In this document: piece after piece, positions 1-8,974 of the stretch
Layout of the letters: each line of letters begins with the position of its first letter
Numbering within the stretch: position 1 is the first letter of the stretch
NCBI GenBank assembly: GCA_012798755.1
Contig: JAAZMP010000037.1
Coordinates: forward strand, 581-64,580
Direction of reading: 5' to 3'
DNA: 64,000 bases
Source of the DNA: Bacillota bacterium
GTDB taxonomy: Bacteria > Bacillota > Dethiobacteria > DTU022 > UBA8154
Program-made: the position numbers and the translations under genes
The notes under the pieces: generated by a model
Seen by the model: the letters and a program-made list of their open reading frames with translations, nothing else
What the model was told of the DNA's origin: nothing
Database searches by the model: none

Positions 1-422
1 AAAGACGGACGGCCAAAGCCATTTACAAAACCTTACTGGAGATGGATTACCAGGGATCTAGTAGAACAGTTCGTAATTATGTGCGTAATATCAGGCAAGA
101 GATAAAGAGAAATGCCAACGAACAAGCAGTACGCCTTGAACAATACCCGGGGGAAGCACAGGTTGATTTTGGTGAATTTAAAGCCATTAATGGCACACAG
201 TTAAAAACATATCATGAGTTGGTATTATCATTCCCCCACAGCAATGGACAAGTATGTCAGGTACTACCCTCGGAAAACGCAGTGTGTTTCTTTCACGGAT
301 TACAAAAGTTATTCCGGCTAATTGGTGGAGTTCCCAAAACAATCAGATTTGAAGGAATAGGAAAACCAGGACATATATACACAGTTGCTCATGGTGATTC
401 GGGGAAACAAAAAGAATATTAG
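1..422 (+). mobile_element. IS21-family transposase IstA fragment. The 5' end lies outside the window and the 3' end is truncated or frameshifted after about 140 codons.
   Basis: The frame continues upstream of the M at 42 (..KAIYKTLLEMDYQGSS..). The string RTVRNYVRNIRQEI...YPGEAQVDFGEF...SFPHSNG...FFHGLQKLFRLIGGVPKTIRFE matches the IstA HTH/linker/start of the DDE core. The expected continuation (DNLKTAV...) is replaced by a short unrelated tail and a stop at 422. Confidence 0.7.
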
Positions 423-786
423 TGGGGTAATTTCTTTAAACAACAATGACTTTTTAATGCATGTTCAAGATTTGCAGGGGATTGGTATGACTCCGCAATT
501 GACTTTAGCAGCCTTTATTGCCCTTTGTTCTGGAGCATTAAAAAAACCTGTATTAAGTCAACTGGCGGTATTAGGTTCAATGAGCATAGGGGGAACCATT
601 AATAAGGTGGAGGAATTGGCATCTACACTTCAAGTTTGTTTTGATGCAGGGGCGAAGAAAGTTCTCCTGCCTATGGCTTCTGCTGTTGAAATTAATACAG
701 TTCCACCGGAATTATTTGCTAAATTTCAAATATCATTTTACCAAAGTCCGGAAGATGCTGTATTTAAAGCATTGGGAGTTGAATAA
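385..786 (+). pseudogene. Remnant of a Lon-like (S16) protease C-terminal domain, BrxL/Lon_C-like, truncated at its 5' end where the IS21 fragment sits
   Basis: LAAFIALCSGALKKPVLSQLAVLGSMSIGGTINKVEELASTLQVCFDAGAKKVLLPMASAVEINTVPPELF aligns to the Lon proteolytic-domain C-terminus (AGIAMCTALVS...[37 protein letters not shown]). No N-terminal ATPase or catalytic Ser region is present. The first ~30 codons of the ORF are probably non-coding read-through. Confidence 0.5.
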
Positions 787-939
787 AACCTATGCAAAAA
801 AGTATAAATATTTAGGGAAAACAACGCCACAACATATCAACATTCCAACATCCCCATATTGATGTATTGCAATATAGCGCTGATTGTGGTATAGTTATAT
901 TTGCGGGCGTGTTTTAGTTTATAAGAAAGGGGATAAAAA

Positions 940-1218
940 GTGATTATTGAGCTTAGCCCTGAAGCAAAAGAGTATATTTTGAAAAAGAAGGCGGATGCCG
1001 TAACTGTAAGTATGGTCATGAGCGGAGGTTGAGGCGGTTTTACTTTTAAGCCTGCCGTGAATGCAGGCGAACCACGGAATAAGGATGAATATGAAACATC
1101 TTTTTTTGACGATATAAAAATATACATTTCGCGTTCTGTGAACGCTAATCGGGTGTCGATTTTTTATAGGCCAGGATTTTTTGGCATCTTTGGTGACCTT
1201 GGTGTAGCTTTTTCTTAA
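940..1218 (+). CDS. HesB/IscA-like selenoprotein, 92 aa, GTG start, in-frame UGA (Sec) at 1030-1032
   Basis: Manual translation from GTG 940 (RBS AAGGGG 926-931) gives VIIELSPEAKEYILKKKADAVTVSMVMSGG-U-GGFTFKPAVNAGEP...IKIYISRSVNANRVSIFYRPGFFGIFGDLGVAFS*. The U falls exactly where IscA/HesB have the conserved Cys of the GGC(S)G motif. A SECIS-like hairpin follows. The ORF track misses it because of the TGA. Confidence 0.7.
1050..1068 (+). promoter_or_regulatory. Putative bacterial SECIS hairpin (GCCUGC-cgugaau-GCAGGC) starting 18 nt 3' of the UGA
   Basis: A perfect 6-bp stem with a 7-nt loop lies immediately downstream of the in-frame TGA at 1030-1032, inside the coding frame. Confidence 0.5.
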
Positions 1219-1257
1219 ATAAGCTATCCCTCAAATTCCATTTTCCATGACAGATTC

Positions 1258-1293
1258 AGCCAAAGGAATAGTATGTTTCTTTGGCTATTTTAT
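1258..1293 (+). terminator. Intrinsic terminator after the selenoprotein gene
   Basis: AGCCAAAG-13 nt loop-CTTTGGCT followed by ATTTTAT. Confidence 0.5.
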
Positions 1294-1411
1294 ATATAAC
1301 TGTAAACACAAGGTAAATAAAAACAATGCCCTTTAATGCTTAAAATTTAGCCGAAATGAAGGAAAGAGAGGTAATTTGGACTTTGAGCAATTAAACGGGT
1401 AATCTTGGGTG

Positions 1412-1440
1412 TTGTCAAATACCCAAAAGTTTATTATAAT
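1412..1440 (+). promoter_or_regulatory. Sigma-A-type promoter (TTGTCA-17 nt-TATAAT) for the PcrB-like gene
   Basis: -35 at 1412-1417, 17-nt spacer, TATAAT at 1435-1440, about 45 nt upstream of ATG 1486. Confidence 0.55.
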
Positions 1441-1485
1441 AAGTTTAGATAGAAAAATGCTATTAGAAATCGGAGAAGGTTTATC

Positions 1486-2220
1486 ATGAGTGTAGCCCAA
1501 TATTTGAATGAAAAACTAAAAAGAGGTACTGTTCATATTACCCTCGTTGACCCCATGAAGCAATCTCCGGAAGCAGCTGGTCGGTTGGCTCTTACGGCAC
1601 AAGAGGTTGGCAGCGATCTTATTCTGATTGCCGGGTTAAATGGTCTTTCTCAGGGGCACCTTTTGAAAACAACAAGAGCTATTAAAGAAAAGATCTCTAT
1701 ACCCTTAGTTTACACACCTGCTGGAGGAGAAGCACTGTGTTTTTCCTTTGATGCTCTCTTTTTCAGCAGTCTTCTCAATGCTAAAAATCCTAACTATGTC
1801 TGCGGCGGCCAGGCGCATGCAGCTATTATTTTAAAGAGGATGGAGGTAGAAACCATTCCTGTAGGCTATGTAATGGTTGAACCGGGCATAAAGATGGGGT
1901 CTCCCGCGGATGTTGATCTCATTTCCCGGGATAACTATTGGCTGGCCACCAGTTATGCAGTTGCTGCAGAACTTTTTGGGATGGGGTTTGTATACTTTGA
2001 ATCGGGGATAAATGCGGCCCAGCCTATTCCCGCCGGCATGATTCGAGCAATTAAAAAAGAACTTTCCGTTCCCTTAATTGTCGGTGGCGGTATCCGTACC
2101 GCTGTTGACGCCCGCCGCGTAAGGCAAGCCGGTGCCGATATGGTGGTAACGGGAACGATTATTAAAAACGCCGGTTATCGTGAAAGGTTGCGTTCCATCC
2201 TAAGCGCACTGAAAGATTAG
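1486..2220 (+). CDS. pcrB: Prenylglyceryl-phosphate synthase of the PcrB/GGGPS family (heptaprenyl- or geranylgeranylglyceryl phosphate synthase)
   Basis: 244 aa. The motifs TLVDPMKQ, LIAGLNGLS, VYFESG, VGGGIR and MVVTGT parallel B. subtilis PcrB (FKLDPNK, IIGGSDGVT, FYLEYSG, YGGGIK, VIVVGN). RBS GGAGAAGG upstream. Confidence 0.75.
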   Translation: MSVAQYLNEKLKRGTVHITLVDPMKQSPEAAGRLALTAQEVGSDLILIAGLNGLSQGHLLKTTRAIKEKISIPLVYTPAGGEALCFSFDALFFSSLLNAKNPNYVCGGQAHAAIILKRMEVETIPVGYVMVEPGIKMGSPADVDLISRDNYWLATSYAVAAELFGMGFVYFESGINAAQPIPAGMIRAIKKELSVPLIVGGGIRTAVDARRVRQAGADMVVTGTIIKNAGYRERLRSILSALKD

Positions 2221-2396
2221 AACAGGCAAAAGTAGCCTGCTTCGCTTTTTTAAAAAGAGGCAGGTTATTTATTTTTGTCGTTTTCGCCAAACTTTGGGCA
2301 GCTTTTACGGTTTTTTTGAAAGGAATTAGGCTCCCCAACGTCGAATCTAACCTATACTTGTACTTGTTACTATTATCTGGGGGAAGGGGATAATTT

Positions 2397-2918
2397 ATGC
2401 GGAAAACATTATTGCTTATATTGACAGTGATTTTACTACTTTCCGTAGGCTGCATAAAGGAAGAACAAGAAGTTATGGCGGGCCTGCGGCCGGATAAGTT
2501 CTGGGAGGGGAGTTGGATAATCGAAGAAAGGGAAAGCCGGCTGGAATATACAGACGCTGATGTTACAATGGAAGCTTCTTGTTTAGTAAAGTATTCCGGC
2601 GAAAAACCTGCTGAAGACGTGAGAATCATCATCAAAAGCCCTCTTACTCAAAAACTGATTGCTGACGATTTGGCGAAGGAGTTTGGCACTGTCCAGCCTG
2701 CCGAAGGGGTTGAATACCGTTTAAGCCACAAATGTACCTCCTGGAAGGAAAAAGTGTCCCCGGGAATGCATGGGGGCCAACTTGTTGAGGATTTTTCCCT
2801 AAATTCGTTTGTAGAGATAACCTGGAAGTATGGTGAAGATGAGTACAGCGTAGCTTTTTATGATTGGGGAAGTGTACATCCCTATACCATCAAACCAAAT
2901 GAAACTGTTTTGCCGTAA
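2397..2918 (+). CDS. Lipoprotein of unknown function
   Basis: Signal peptide with lipobox LLSVGC; RBS GGGGGAAGGGG upstream. Confidence 0.6.
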   Translation: MRKTLLLILTVILLLSVGCIKEEQEVMAGLRPDKFWEGSWIIEERESRLEYTDADVTMEASCLVKYSGEKPAEDVRIIIKSPLTQKLIADDLAKEFGTVQPAEGVEYRLSHKCTSWKEKVSPGMHGGQLVEDFSLNSFVEITWKYGEDEYSVAFYDWGSVHPYTIKPNETVLP

Positions 2919-3016
2919 ATATACAACAAAAATATACAACAAAAATTACCACCCTGCTGTGTACATCCTGCTGTGTGCATTGCGCTGGGCGTCATACTTT
3001 TGCCTGAATCCAGACA

Positions 3017-4768
3017 TCATTTAGTTGCAGAAAGGTCCCTAAGTAGTTCTGATATTGAACTTTTTAAAGCATCCATTTCCTGGATTGCTTTTTCTTTACT
3101 GGTGCTTTTTACACCAAAATAAAATTTTATCTTTGGTTCTGTTCCTGAAGGGCGTATACAAAACCAAGAATCTTCTTCCAATAGATATTTAAGCGAATTG
3201 CTTGTAGGCAGTCCTGTGGCTGTCTTTCTTTTTGCAATGGTGTCAATGCTCTCTCCGGTAAGATAATCTATAATGTGTGTTACGCGTTTGTCGCCGATTT
3301 GATTCAGCGCAGATTTCCGGAAAAATTCAACGGTTTTTTTTGCTTGCCCCGGATCTTGGTTGTCCAAGTCAATGTTGACAAGTTCTTCCATAAAATAGCC
3401 ATATTTTTTGTACAGGTTGTCCAAGGCCTGGATTAAACTTATACCTTTGGATTTATAATAAGCAGCCATTTCTACCGTTAACTGGCTGGCCTGAATGGCA
3501 TCTTTGTCCCTGACAAAATCATCGATCAGAAAGCCGCAGCTTTCTTCATAACCGAAAAGAAAGGTTTTTTGTCCCGAGTCCACAAGTTCTTTAATTTTTT
3601 CCCCGATATATTTAAAACCGGTGAGTGTTTCCAAGGTTGTTATTCCGTATGAAGAGGCAATCGATCTGCCCATTTCCGAGGTTACCACTGTTTTAATAAC
3701 GATGCCGTTTATAGGCAGGCGCTGCTGTTTTTGGCGGCGGGATAATATGTATTCCAGCAATAAACAGCCAAGCTGATTTCCCGTGAGAGGAATAAAACGG
3801 CCGTTTTCATCTTTAATCGCTGCACCTAAACGATCGGCATCAAGATCTGTAGCCAGGATAAGATCGGCGGATTTTTCTACGGCAAGCTTGACAGCAAGTT
3901 CAAAGGTATCCCATTCTTCCGGATTGGGATGTTTTATCGTGCTAAAATTAGGATCAGCTTTGGCCTGTGAGGACACTATAAAAAGGTTTTTTAGTCCTGC
4001 TGCTTGAAGGGCCTGTGGAATAATATTTTTTCCGGTGCCATAAAGAGGTGTGTAGACTACCTTTAGATGTGGGTAATGCTTACCGTGGTTGTTGTCCAGG
4101 CGGATCTTCGAAAGGTGTTCCAGGTATTTTGAAAATATATTTTCTCCGATTGAAACTAACATACCCTGTTGAGTGGCATCTTTTAAACCGGCGGTTTTTA
4201 CGAGCAGTTCATTTTTTACTGTAGCAATTTCTGCCGTAATAGAATTTGCCAGCGCATCCGTTATCTGCCCGCCATCAGACCAGTAAACCTTGTAACCATT
4301 GTCTTGGGCAGGGTTATGGCTGGCAGTGATTACTATTCCGGCGATGGCGTTTAGTTCCCTGACAGCAAAGGAAAGTAGCGGGGTAGCCGCCGGTTCAGAA
4401 AATAGGTATACTTTAATATCCCACCTAAGCAATACAGAGGCAGCCTCCCGTGCAAATCGATCTGAATTTTTTCTTGTATCGTAAGCTATTACTACACGGG
4501 GGGCATCGCTGGACATGTTTTTTGGGGATGTGTATTTTTGGATAAAGCGAGCCAGGCCTTCAGTGACTTTGCGTATTATGTAGATGTTCAGCCTGGACGA
4601 TCCAGCCCCCATTCGCCCCCTGATGCCTCCTGTTCCAAATGTCAATTCCCTGGAGAAACGCGCGGCAATTTCTTTTTTTTGGTCGGATATCTGTAATAAT
4701 TCTTCCCTGATTTCTTTGTCCAGGCCGGGAAATTCCAGCCATTTTTTGTACCTATCCCGGTAGTCCAT
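3017..4768 (-). CDS. pgcA: Alpha-D-phosphohexomutase (phosphoglucomutase/phosphomannomutase, PgcA-type)
   Basis: 583 aa; active-site TASHNP plus GTGGIRG. Confidence 0.85.
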   Translation of the reverse strand: MDYRDRYKKWLEFPGLDKEIREELLQISDQKKEIAARFSRELTFGTGGIRGRMGAGSSRLNIYIIRKVTEGLARFIQKYTSPKNMSSDAPRVVIAYDTRKNSDRFAREAASVLLRWDIKVYLFSEPAATPLLSFAVRELNAIAGIVITASHNPAQDNGYKVYWSDGGQITDALANSITAEIATVKNELLVKTAGLKDATQQGMLVSIGENIFSKYLEHLSKIRLDNNHGKHYPHLKVVYTPLYGTGKNIIPQALQAAGLKNLFIVSSQAKADPNFSTIKHPNPEEWDTFELAVKLAVEKSADLILATDLDADRLGAAIKDENGRFIPLTGNQLGCLLLEYILSRRQKQQRLPINGIVIKTVVTSEMGRSIASSYGITTLETLTGFKYIGEKIKELVDSGQKTFLFGYEESCGFLIDDFVRDKDAIQASQLTVEMAAYYKSKGISLIQALDNLYKKYGYFMEELVNIDLDNQDPGQAKKTVEFFRKSALNQIGDKRVTHIIDYLTGESIDTIAKRKTATGLPTSNSLKYLLEEDSWFCIRPSGTEPKIKFYFGVKSTSKEKAIQEMDALKSSISELLRDLSATK

Positions 4769-4799
4769 TTTTTCCTCCTTAATGGGTTCGGAAATTATT

Positions 4800-5873
4800 T
4801 TATAAGTACTTTTCCATTCCTTCAGCTTTTAATTGGTTGACCAGTTTTTTAATATCCTGTGCCTGATCCATGGAACAAACAAGTACAATGCCGTTGGTTT
4901 GAACAATGGCCAAATTTGACACCCCCACAGTGGCAATTAAAGCCTCTTGCCCATAAACAAGGCAATCTTTGGTGTCTACGCTTAGATGTTTCCCCTTGCT
5001 GACATTGTGGTTTTTGTCCCTGGGGGAATGTTCGGCCAGTGCAGCCCAGCTGCCGAGGTCGTCCCAGCCAAAATCCCCCTGCACGAGGAGGGTTTTGGGT
5101 TCTTTTTCCATAACACCGTAGTCGATAGAGATCTCGGGAACTTTTGGAAACAACTTTGCCAGTGCTTCAGTTTCTTTTTCGGTTCCCAGATATTGATCTA
5201 TCTCTTGTAAATGTTTATAAAGAAGGGGGAGATGTTTTTTGATTTTTTTTAAGATAAAACGCGCTTTCCAAGCAAAAATCCCGCTGTTCCAAAGAAAAAG
5301 GCCGGAGTCCAAGAACTCCCGGGCTTTTTGGTTGTCAGGTTTTTCCACAAAACGTTGCACCCGATAGACCATGGGATCTTTGGCTAAAGCGGGTTCTGCT
5401 TTTTCAATGTAGCCATAGCCTGTTTCCGGGCGTGTAGGGGTAATACCGATGGTTACCAAAACATCTTCATTTGATGCCAGTTCCATGGCTCTGCCAATAC
5501 AGGAAAGAAAAGCTTTTTCGTTTATAACCAAATGATCGGCAGGAAGAACAAGCATAACCGGATCGGGATCTTTTTTTAAGAGATATAACGCTGCCAGCCC
5601 TATGCATGGTGCAGTGTTGCGGCCCAGCGGTTCAACAACAATATTGTTTCGGGGCAATTCAGAAAGGTGCTCTTGTACAAGCGGAAGGAAAGCCTTTCCC
5701 GTAACGACCAGAATCTTTTCCGGGGAAAAAAATCCATTAAGGCGATCAAATGTCTGCTGGATCAACGATCGTTCCCCAATCAGGTTTAGGAATTGTTTGG
5801 GAAAATCATTCCTGCTCCAGGGCCAAAATCGTTCACCTTTGCCGCCAGCCATAATAACAGCATAGTTTCCCAC
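4800..5873 (-). CDS. manC: Mannose-1-phosphate guanylyltransferase (GDP-mannose pyrophosphorylase)
   Basis: The N-terminus AVIMAGGKGERFWP and following sequence match the NTP-transferase family of ManC/CpsB. Confidence 0.85.
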   Translation of the reverse strand: MGNYAVIMAGGKGERFWPWSRNDFPKQFLNLIGERSLIQQTFDRLNGFFSPEKILVVTGKAFLPLVQEHLSELPRNNIVVEPLGRNTAPCIGLAALYLLKKDPDPVMLVLPADHLVINEKAFLSCIGRAMELASNEDVLVTIGITPTRPETGYGYIEKAEPALAKDPMVYRVQRFVEKPDNQKAREFLDSGLFLWNSGIFAWKARFILKKIKKHLPLLYKHLQEIDQYLGTEKETEALAKLFPKVPEISIDYGVMEKEPKTLLVQGDFGWDDLGSWAALAEHSPRDKNHNVSKGKHLSVDTKDCLVYGQEALIATVGVSNLAIVQTNGIVLVCSMDQAQDIKKLVNQLKAEGMEKYL

Positions 5874-5910
5874 AGATTGCCCTCCTTTTCTTTTTGTTTG
5901 TTATCCACTG

Positions 5911-6273
5911 CTACGTTCTCCCGTAGCTGTCTTCCAGGCGTACAATATCATCTTCTTCCAGGTAACTGCCAAATTGAACTTCGATAAAAACGAAGGGATC
6001 CTTTTCCTCATTGGCGGCCCGGTGTGCGGCTTCGATGGGGATATCTACTGCTTTTCCCGGGGTTAAATTGATTTTTTTGCCATCTAAGGTGACAACCCCT
6101 TTCCCTTGCACAGCTATCCAATGTTCAGAACGCCGGAAATGTTTTTGGTAGCTTAGTTTTTGTCCCGGGTGTACAATTATTCTTTTCACTTTATAGCCTT
6201 TCCCTTCCAACAGGACCTCCCAGCGGCCCCAGGGTGTATCAACCTTTTGTAATATTTCAGGCTTTTGTGGCAA
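5911..6273 (-). CDS. Cupin-fold protein resembling the C-terminal mannose-6-phosphate-isomerase domain of bifunctional ManC, encoded separately
   Basis: 120 aa; the cupin HxH...E...H pattern is present (HPGQKLSYQKHFRRSEHWIAVQGKG). It sits immediately downstream of manC in the same operon. Confidence 0.6.
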   Translation of the reverse strand: MPQKPEILQKVDTPWGRWEVLLEGKGYKVKRIIVHPGQKLSYQKHFRRSEHWIAVQGKGVVTLDGKKINLTPGKAVDIPIEAAHRAANEEKDPFVFIEVQFGSYLEEDDIVRLEDSYGRT

Positions 6274-6289
6274 TCCATTTCACGCTCCT

Positions 6290-8578
6290 TTAATCCTGCT
6301 CTGTCTTCAAGGCAAAATTGAAACGATCATGCATTTCCCAACGGTAAAGAGTTAGCAATGCTATAAGAAATGCTATTGTAGATTCCGCTCCTTTATTTTT
6401 GTTGACACCTTGCTTGTCCAGTCCGTCCGCGCAGGCACCCGTATGAGAAGAATAGAGGGCTTCACCAAACCGGTTTCTGCCCAGAAACCATTGAAAAGCA
6501 GCGTAACCCAGATCCAGGTATTTTTCTTTTCCAGAGAGGGTAAATGCCAGGACGTAGCCTTCTACAAGAGAACCGGCATCAATCGGTTGTTGGCTGTAAA
6601 CAGCCTTTTTCTTTCCTTTGTGGAACCAGCCTTCGTTTCCCACCAGATCGAAATAACCGTCCTTAAAAAGCACAGAAGTAAGGAAATCTAGACTTTCTAG
6701 CGCAATTTCCAGATATTCCTTTTTTTTAAAATGACGATAGGCCAGCAAAAGGGCTTGGGGAAGCCGGGCATTATCATAGGTAAGAAACGGTTCAAACCAG
6801 GGCCATTCTGCAGAGGAGTGTCTGCGGAAAAAATCTACCAGTTTTTCTGCAATCAAATTCAAATGTTTTCTTGCTTTTTTATTACCGGGTAGCCGCTGCA
6901 AATAGGCATCAATGCCCAAAACGCTGTAAGCCATGGATCTGCTGTATGTAAGCCTGTCCAAAAAAGGCAAACTCTGATCGAAAATTTCCCGGGCCAGTAA
7001 ATCTTGCCCTTCGCTTTGGTACAATCCTGTTGCTGCACCCAAACCCCAAAGAGAACGGCCAAATGTATCTTCGCTTATTTCTTTGTCTTCAAACTGTAAC
7101 TGGTAGTTCATTATGTTGGCGAACCAACCGTTTTCTTGGCGGGCGTATGCAATAAAAGCGAGGTATTTTTCGATTAATGGCATAACGGAACCGGTACGAA
7201 AAAGATTATGATAGGCACAGCAGGCTGCCAAAGCGCGGGCGGCATCATCAGTGGAATATCCATGCCAACGGGAATGTACACCGTAGCGGGTATGCTGCAT
7301 TATGCCAGTATCATCAGTTAGTGATTCCAGAAATTGCAAATTAGCAATGGGCAAAGTATGTAGGTAACCGCTTTTTTTTAAGGAGTAGCCTTTCGATGAA
7401 ACTTCATCAAGTGTGTTTTCAAAGAGTTCGGTATATTTATCAGCCACTATATTCCAGGACATCTTTTTCCCTAAAGCAAAAGCATGGGAGGCTATAGAAC
7501 GTCTTTTATCTTCATTTTCCAGTAGTTCTAAAAGGGATTTACTTAAACCCAACGAGTCTTTAAAGTTTATCAATTTTCCCCGTCCACCGGAAAGAGCCTC
7601 TTTGGCATGGTGATAGGGGGTGGAAACAATTGCCTTGCCTCTCCCCAAGGCCTGGCTTAGGACACCGCTGGTAATTTGCTCTTCAGAATGGTAAGGGCAG
7701 ACAACGATGTCGGCTGCGCCGAGGTATGTTCCCAGGGTGGGATCATCTACAAATTCATTAACGAAAAGAACATTTTTTTCAAGGTGGAGGTCTTCTACAG
7801 TTTTTGTAAGCATTTCACGATATTTTTCCCCGTGTTGTTTTTTAACTACCGGGTGTGTCATACCCAAAATAATATACAACACATCCGGAAACTTTTTAAC
7901 TACCGGTGGCAAAGCCTCCAGCATTATTTCCAAGCCTTTGTTGGGGCTTACGAAGCCAAAAGTTAAGATGATTTGCCGGTTAATAAGGTTTAGCTTGTGT
8001 TTATAAAAAACGGGATCAATAAAAGGCGTATCCGGTACACCGTGGTAAATAAGGCGCACCTTCTGTTCAGGAATTCTATAAGTGTTTTTGAGTATAGTTA
8101 AAGCCAGTCTGTTCATCACAACCAGGCTCCGGGAAAAAGCGGCAATTTCTACAAAAACTTTATGCTGGCCGGGGGTGGGCTTGGTTAGAACTGTATGTAA
8201 TGTTGTTACTACCGGTTTACGGAGATGCCCCAAAAGTTCCACAATATAACTGCCATCGGGGCCTCCAAACAGCCCAAATTCATGCTGCAGAGAAACCAGA
8301 TCTATATTATGTGAATTGATCAGATCAGCCGCCTTTCGATAATCGATCAATTTTTCCTGCCCGATCTGGAAAAGTACCTCCGGTGGGTAGTTGTATCCTT
8401 CTTCTGTATCATTTAAGGCTATAAAAACTCCGGCGTTTTGTCCCAGCTTAGATTCCAACGCCTCATTTAAATTATTTGTAAAAGTGGCAATTCCGCAACG
8501 GCGGGGTAGGCAGCTACTTATATACGCTACACGTAATCGTTTTTTTACTGACAAAAAGCTATTATTATGGTTAAACAA
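6290..8578 (-). CDS. GT4 glycosyltransferase fused to a C-terminal ~350-aa (alpha/alpha)6-barrel glycoside-hydrolase-like domain
   Basis: 762 aa. Residues ~1-400 show the GT-B/GT4 C-terminal signature (LYIILGMTHP...VCPYHSEEQITSGVLSQALGRGKAIVSTP). Residues ~410-760 are W/Y-rich, with RSLWGLGAATGLY and AARALAACCAYH typical of six-hairpin glycosidases (GH63/GH15-like). The exact family is uncertain. Confidence 0.65.
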   Translation of the reverse strand: MFNHNNSFLSVKKRLRVAYISSCLPRRCGIATFTNNLNEALESKLGQNAGVFIALNDTEEGYNYPPEVLFQIGQEKLIDYRKAADLINSHNIDLVSLQHEFGLFGGPDGSYIVELLGHLRKPVVTTLHTVLTKPTPGQHKVFVEIAAFSRSLVVMNRLALTILKNTYRIPEQKVRLIYHGVPDTPFIDPVFYKHKLNLINRQIILTFGFVSPNKGLEIMLEALPPVVKKFPDVLYIILGMTHPVVKKQHGEKYREMLTKTVEDLHLEKNVLFVNEFVDDPTLGTYLGAADIVVCPYHSEEQITSGVLSQALGRGKAIVSTPYHHAKEALSGGRGKLINFKDSLGLSKSLLELLENEDKRRSIASHAFALGKKMSWNIVADKYTELFENTLDEVSSKGYSLKKSGYLHTLPIANLQFLESLTDDTGIMQHTRYGVHSRWHGYSTDDAARALAACCAYHNLFRTGSVMPLIEKYLAFIAYARQENGWFANIMNYQLQFEDKEISEDTFGRSLWGLGAATGLYQSEGQDLLAREIFDQSLPFLDRLTYSRSMAYSVLGIDAYLQRLPGNKKARKHLNLIAEKLVDFFRRHSSAEWPWFEPFLTYDNARLPQALLLAYRHFKKKEYLEIALESLDFLTSVLFKDGYFDLVGNEGWFHKGKKKAVYSQQPIDAGSLVEGYVLAFTLSGKEKYLDLGYAAFQWFLGRNRFGEALYSSHTGACADGLDKQGVNKNKGAESTIAFLIALLTLYRWEMHDRFNFALKTEQD

Positions 8579-8974
8579 GCTTGTGTTTTCCTCCTTTTTC
8601 CAAAATTTTTGCGGTATTTAAATCATTGTTAAACAGCTATTTTGCTGCAAAGTAGGAAGTTCAAACAAGACAATTTGTGAATTCTCCGGTTTTCCCGGAA
8701 GTATTATGCTCGACGTATATGGCTATTGGTTCCGGAAGGGATAAGGAAATAAAGGGATAGCTGAAGTAGGCGTAAATTTATTGCAGTTAAATTTTGTCTC
8801 CTCTGATTATTATAACACGCTTTCCGTGAAAATCAAAATCTTTATATAATACAGCCTGTAAAATTGATAACGGGGTTTTTTGACTCTTGGGCCAGTTTAT
8901 TGTATATTTAAGCGAAGAAGAATATTTTTGAAAGCAGTAAATAAAATTTTATTATAATTATTTGGAGGTCTACA

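Noticed and set aside
837-1127. Minus-strand 96-aa ORF from the track
   Set aside because: It lies antisense across the HesB-like selenoprotein gene. It has no RBS and low-complexity composition. The plus-strand reading, with UGA=Sec, matches a known family.
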